A stretch of 44,257 nucleotides of DNA from Stramenopiles sp. TOSAG23-3 (Eukaryota), in assembly GCA_900128585.1 (NCBI GenBank), contig LT642174.1, positions 1-44,257 of the forward strand, read 5' to 3'. Shown piece by piece: positions 40,884 to 44,257 of the stretch. Each line of letters begins with the position of its first letter. Within the stretch, counting starts at the first letter, position 1. The notes under the pieces were generated by a model. That model made no database searches. It was not told where the DNA came from and saw only the letters and a list, made by a program, of their open reading frames with translations. A program made the translations under genes and the position numbers.

Positions 40884-43508
40884 ATGGATGGGGGGGGGGG
40901 GGGGTCCGAAGCTTTTCTCTCAATTGGCTTCAGCGCGGAGACGTCTACCATCTACGCTTCGATATTGGCAGCAGCAAACATGGGGCATGATAACTTGATT
41001 ACCCTGACCACGGACCAACTCGTCTCGCTGAATATAACGGACAAAGCGGATATATCGCGTATTATCCACCTCAGCGAACTAGCAGCCCAGCTTGACGATG
41101 AAATCGGTTATGGAAAGGCAACCCAAAACACCAGCGGGGGAAACGCCGGTGAAAAGGAAGCGGGGGGAGAGGAAACAACGGTCGGTGACACCAATGATGA
41201 GTGGGAGAGGCTTGAAGATCCGAACACTGGAAAATATTATTATTGGAATAAGATGACCAACGTCACGTCATGGGTCAATCCCCACGCAGCCGCGCAGGTG
41301 AAGAGTGTGGCCCATAAGCATCGCCACCAAGTTATCGCTTCGGAGAGTGTCGATAATGAGGGGTACGAGAAGAAGGTTTACTACAAGGATGCCAGTGCCG
41401 CTCAATTGATTCAGGGAGCCCTGAAGGACAATTTTGTTTTTGAAAGTTTGGATGACAAAGATCGTGCTGAACTGTCAGACGCGTTCTTCCAAAGGCAAGT
41501 TCCGGCGGGGATAAACGTCATCGAACAGGGAGACAAAGGGGACTACTTTTACGTGGTCGAAAAGGGTTCATTCGATATTTTTGTAGACTCCCAAAAGGTA
41601 GTAGAAATCACTGCGGGGGGCAGCTTTGGGGAACTGGCCCTCCTTTATAACTGCCCTCGTGCAGCAACAGTACGGTCCGCCGTCGACGGGGTCCTTTGGG
41701 CGATTGATCGTAGCTCGTTCAAACATATTATCAAGGACGCTTCCGAGGCGGCGTACAAGAGCGCGAAGGAAGCCCTGCAAGACGTTCACATCTTGCGAAC
41801 GCTGAAAGAAAACCAACTGGACGCAATAGCGTCGGCGGTAAAGATTACCAGGTTCAAAGCAGGCGACTACATCATCAGGAAGGGAGATCAAGGAGAGATA
41901 TTTTACATGGTGAAAGACGGTGCGGTGATGTGCGTCATACCACCCGACCCGTCTAAAGGTCGTAGGAAAAGCAAACCAATAAAACTGGTCAAAGGGCAGT
42001 ACTTTGGAGAGCGAGCTTTGCAGCGTGGAGAACCGAGGGCGGCCGACGTAGTATGTTTGTCGGAGACGTGCACGTGCATGACCTTGGACAGGCAGGCCTT
42101 TCAAACGCTGCTTGGCCCCCTGCACCAGCTCATTGCTAACAATGTTGCGGTATCGTACTTGCAAACTATCCCGTCGTTCCAAGACAAACGCGCAGAGGAG
42201 CTGTACGCAATTGCTGAATTGGTCGAAGAAAAAGAGTTTTCTGCGGGAGCCGTCATACAAGATGAAGGAAAACCCGTGGAAAACTTGTACATTATCCGTG
42301 AAGGGGACGCGGTCGTTTACCATGACGACCAGCACGTTGCGAATTTGTGCGCGGGACAATTTTTCAATGACACCGCTATGCCGAGCAGTCGGCAGAGCGT
42401 TATGGCTTTTAACCAAGTTAGTGTCATGTGCGTGCCCCTGTCCGCAACAAATGAGCTGGCGGTAAGGAACCAACGGTGGAGTGTTGCAATCGCAAGTCCA
42501 GACACAAAGGTCCAAAAGAAAGAGAAAGTTCTAAACCCTTACGGCATACGGTTCGAAGACTTGCACGAAATCAAAGTGTTGGGGGAGGGCTCGTTTGGGC
42601 GAGTGTCCCTCGTGCAAGTCCAAAGGCCGGAAGAAAGTTTTTCTGAACCCTGGGCGTTAAAACGAATGAGCAAGGCAGTAATCGATAAGATGAAGCAGAA
42701 GAAAAACATTATGAACGAGAAAAAAATACTTGCACTGCTGGACCATCCGTTCGTTTTGGCCCTGGAAGCAACGTTTCAAGACAGCAGAAGCCTGTACATG
42801 CTTCTGGAAATCGTTCCCGGCGGCGAATTGTTCAATTATTTGGACCAGCAAGAGGGGGGCATTGTGCCCGCAACATCGGCATGGTTTTATATGGCGTGCA
42901 TGGTGTCTGCGTTCAACCATATACACTCCCAAAATGTTATTTACCGCGATATCAAATCGGAAAATGTAATGATAGACCGCGAGGGATATTTGAAAGTAAT
43001 TGACTTTGGGTTTGCAAAAGTGATTGAAAATCGCACCCATACGCTTTTGGGCACCCCGGAATATTTTGCGCCCGAAGTGCTAAAAGGGAAAGGGTATGGT
43101 TTTCCTGTTGATAATTGGGGCATAGGCATTTTGCTGTTCGAAATGCTCGTGGGATCCACCCCGTTTGCGGCCGAGGATACGGCGGTAGTGTGCAAGCGAA
43201 TTCTTCACAACGATGTACTGATTCCTGCTACAGTCACGGACCAACACTGCAGGGATTTGTTGACGAAACTTTTGGTGAAAGACCCTTTGAAGAGAATGGG
43301 CAGTAGCACGAAGCGGACAAAGGAAATTATGGCACACTCATGGTTTTCGTCGATGGACTGGAATGCATTAGAAGCGAAGAGTTACGACGCTCCGTGGACG
43401 CCGACTCTGAACGGGGGCTTCGACACGGTTGAAGTTGAGCAGTATTGGGAAGACCACGTTGAGGTAGAGGTTTACGAGAACGACTCTTCGTGGTGCGCTG
43501 AGTTTTAA
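40884..43508 (+). CDS. Single-chain cyclic-nucleotide-dependent protein kinase (PKG-like layout): SAM-like, WW, three cNMP-binding domains, AGC kinase
   Basis: WW: WERLEDPNTGKYYYWNKMTNVTSWVNP. CNB cassettes FGELALLYNCPRAATV and FGERALQRGEPRAADV plus a degenerate third. Kinase motifs GEGSFGRV, ALK, YRDIKSEN, DFGFAK, GTPEYFAPE; C-terminal WCAEF. Confidence 0.95.
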   Translation: MDGGGGGSEAFLSIGFSAETSTIYASILAAANMGHDNLITLTTDQLVSLNITDKADISRIIHLSELAAQLDDEIGYGKATQNTSGGNAGEKEAGGEETTVGDTNDEWERLEDPNTGKYYYWNKMTNVTSWVNPHAAAQVKSVAHKHRHQVIASESVDNEGYEKKVYYKDASAAQLIQGALKDNFVFESLDDKDRAELSDAFFQRQVPAGINVIEQGDKGDYFYVVEKGSFDIFVDSQKVVEITAGGSFGELALLYNCPRAATVRSAVDGVLWAIDRSSFKHIIKDASEAAYKSAKEALQDVHILRTLKENQLDAIASAVKITRFKAGDYIIRKGDQGEIFYMVKDGAVMCVIPPDPSKGRRKSKPIKLVKGQYFGERALQRGEPRAADVVCLSETCTCMTLDRQAFQTLLGPLHQLIANNVAVSYLQTIPSFQDKRAEELYAIAELVEEKEFSAGAVIQDEGKPVENLYIIREGDAVVYHDDQHVANLCAGQFFNDTAMPSSRQSVMAFNQVSVMCVPLSATNELAVRNQRWSVAIASPDTKVQKKEKVLNPYGIRFEDLHEIKVLGEGSFGRVSLVQVQRPEESFSEPWALKRMSKAVIDKMKQKKNIMNEKKILALLDHPFVLALEATFQDSRSLYMLLEIVPGGELFNYLDQQEGGIVPATSAWFYMACMVSAFNHIHSQNVIYRDIKSENVMIDREGYLKVIDFGFAKVIENRTHTLLGTPEYFAPEVLKGKGYGFPVDNWGIGILLFEMLVGSTPFAAEDTAVVCKRILHNDVLIPATVTDQHCRDLLTKLLVKDPLKRMGSSTKRTKEIMAHSWFSSMDWNALEAKSYDAPWTPTLNGGFDTVEVEQYWEDHVEVEVYENDSSWCAEF

Positions 43509-43658
43509 GAACTTCATTCTTAATAAATACAAACACCTTACGTTTTACATCACAATAAATGTACATTTACACACCCAATGGTCGACCCTTTAAAATGGGA
43601 TTAACAAAACACTATGCAGAGAGAGAGGACGTAACACACTCTAAAATCTGCGTGTATC

Positions 43659-43961
43659 TCAATAGTTGAACTTCCGCACTTTGGAGTGTTCCTGAAACAC
43701 GCCAGGAGAGGGGCCACAATCGTCTACCTTACGTTTCTTGCTAAACTGATTCTGCGCTCCCATGTATTGCGCAGTCGAATTAACCGATTGCCGGGGCAAA
43801 TGATTCTCAATATTTATCGACGGGTTGCTATAGTGCGCATTCTGCGTGGGTTCAGGGGAAGGGGCGTGGGCAGTGACCCAACTGGAACTCGAGAACTCTG
43901 CACCCTCGTGTTGCCCGCACAAATACGCTAGCCATCTGTTATGGTTGTTGCCGGACGCCAT
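43659..43961 (-). CDS. Small hypothetical protein (100 aa) with KKRK NLS-like motif
   Basis: ATG-started ORF spanning a higher-GC island, convergent on the kinase gene and flanked upstream by AT-rich sequence. No recognisable family. Confidence 0.5.
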   Translation of the reverse strand: MASGNNHNRWLAYLCGQHEGAEFSSSSWVTAHAPSPEPTQNAHYSNPSINIENHLPRQSVNSTAQYMGAQNQFSKKRKVDDCGPSPGVFQEHSKVRKFNY

Positions 43962-44257
43962 ACCCTATATATACACACACACAAAACCGTCGAAAGGGCG
44001 CTGCTTGCTATTTATTCAAATAATGCAATTTTACTTAAACGTTCGAACCATTTTAATTTTTATATTAAAGTATACCATTCATTTGACCATGATTGTCCCC
44101 CGAAAAAGAATAATTCTGTCTTCTTCTTTTTCTTCTTCTTCTTCTTCTCTTCTTCTTCTTCTATTTTTTTTTGTCCTCTTCTCCTCCTCCTCTCTCCTCA
44201 GGTCTCGTACTCAGGACTCAGGACTACTCAGGACCACATAAAATAGTAATAATCCGC

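Overview
Eukaryotic nuclear DNA from a gene-dense, intron-poor, probably flagellated protist. A stramenopile-type lineage is my inference and is not verified. About 17 higher-GC coding islands, apparently all single-exon, are separated by AT-rich, microsatellite-rich spacers. In order they encode: a CCCH zinc-finger/RGG protein; a coiled-coil protein with PGPG-x-Y (ODF3/SHIPPO-type) repeats; organellar IF-3; a divergent SAPS/PPP6R-like protein; an S10 serine carboxypeptidase; an EFHC1/Rib72-type DM10 protein; an unknown basic protein; a secreted protein with two Frizzled-like Cys-rich domains; NBAS/Sec39; an RI-type LRR protein; a prominin/tweety-like 5-TM protein; an IQ-motif multi-pass membrane protein; an ADAT1/ADAR-family deaminase; a class I cyclic-nucleotide phosphodiesterase; a SAM-WW-3xCNB-AGC kinase; and a small orphan ORF. 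The most notable points are five. (1) A head-to-head PDE / single-chain kinase pair whose intact nucleotide pockets look cAMP-type. (2) One in-frame TAA inside an otherwise intact EFHC gene. (3) Two apparent deletion-frameshifts in the Frizzled-CRD gene. (4) An atypical adenosine deaminase with neither dsRBDs nor the Tad1 KPGRG loop. (5) Two MITE-like inverted-repeat elements. Several disruptions sit at poly-G/poly-C runs and may be consensus errors. All family assignments come from motif recognition by eye; no searches were run.
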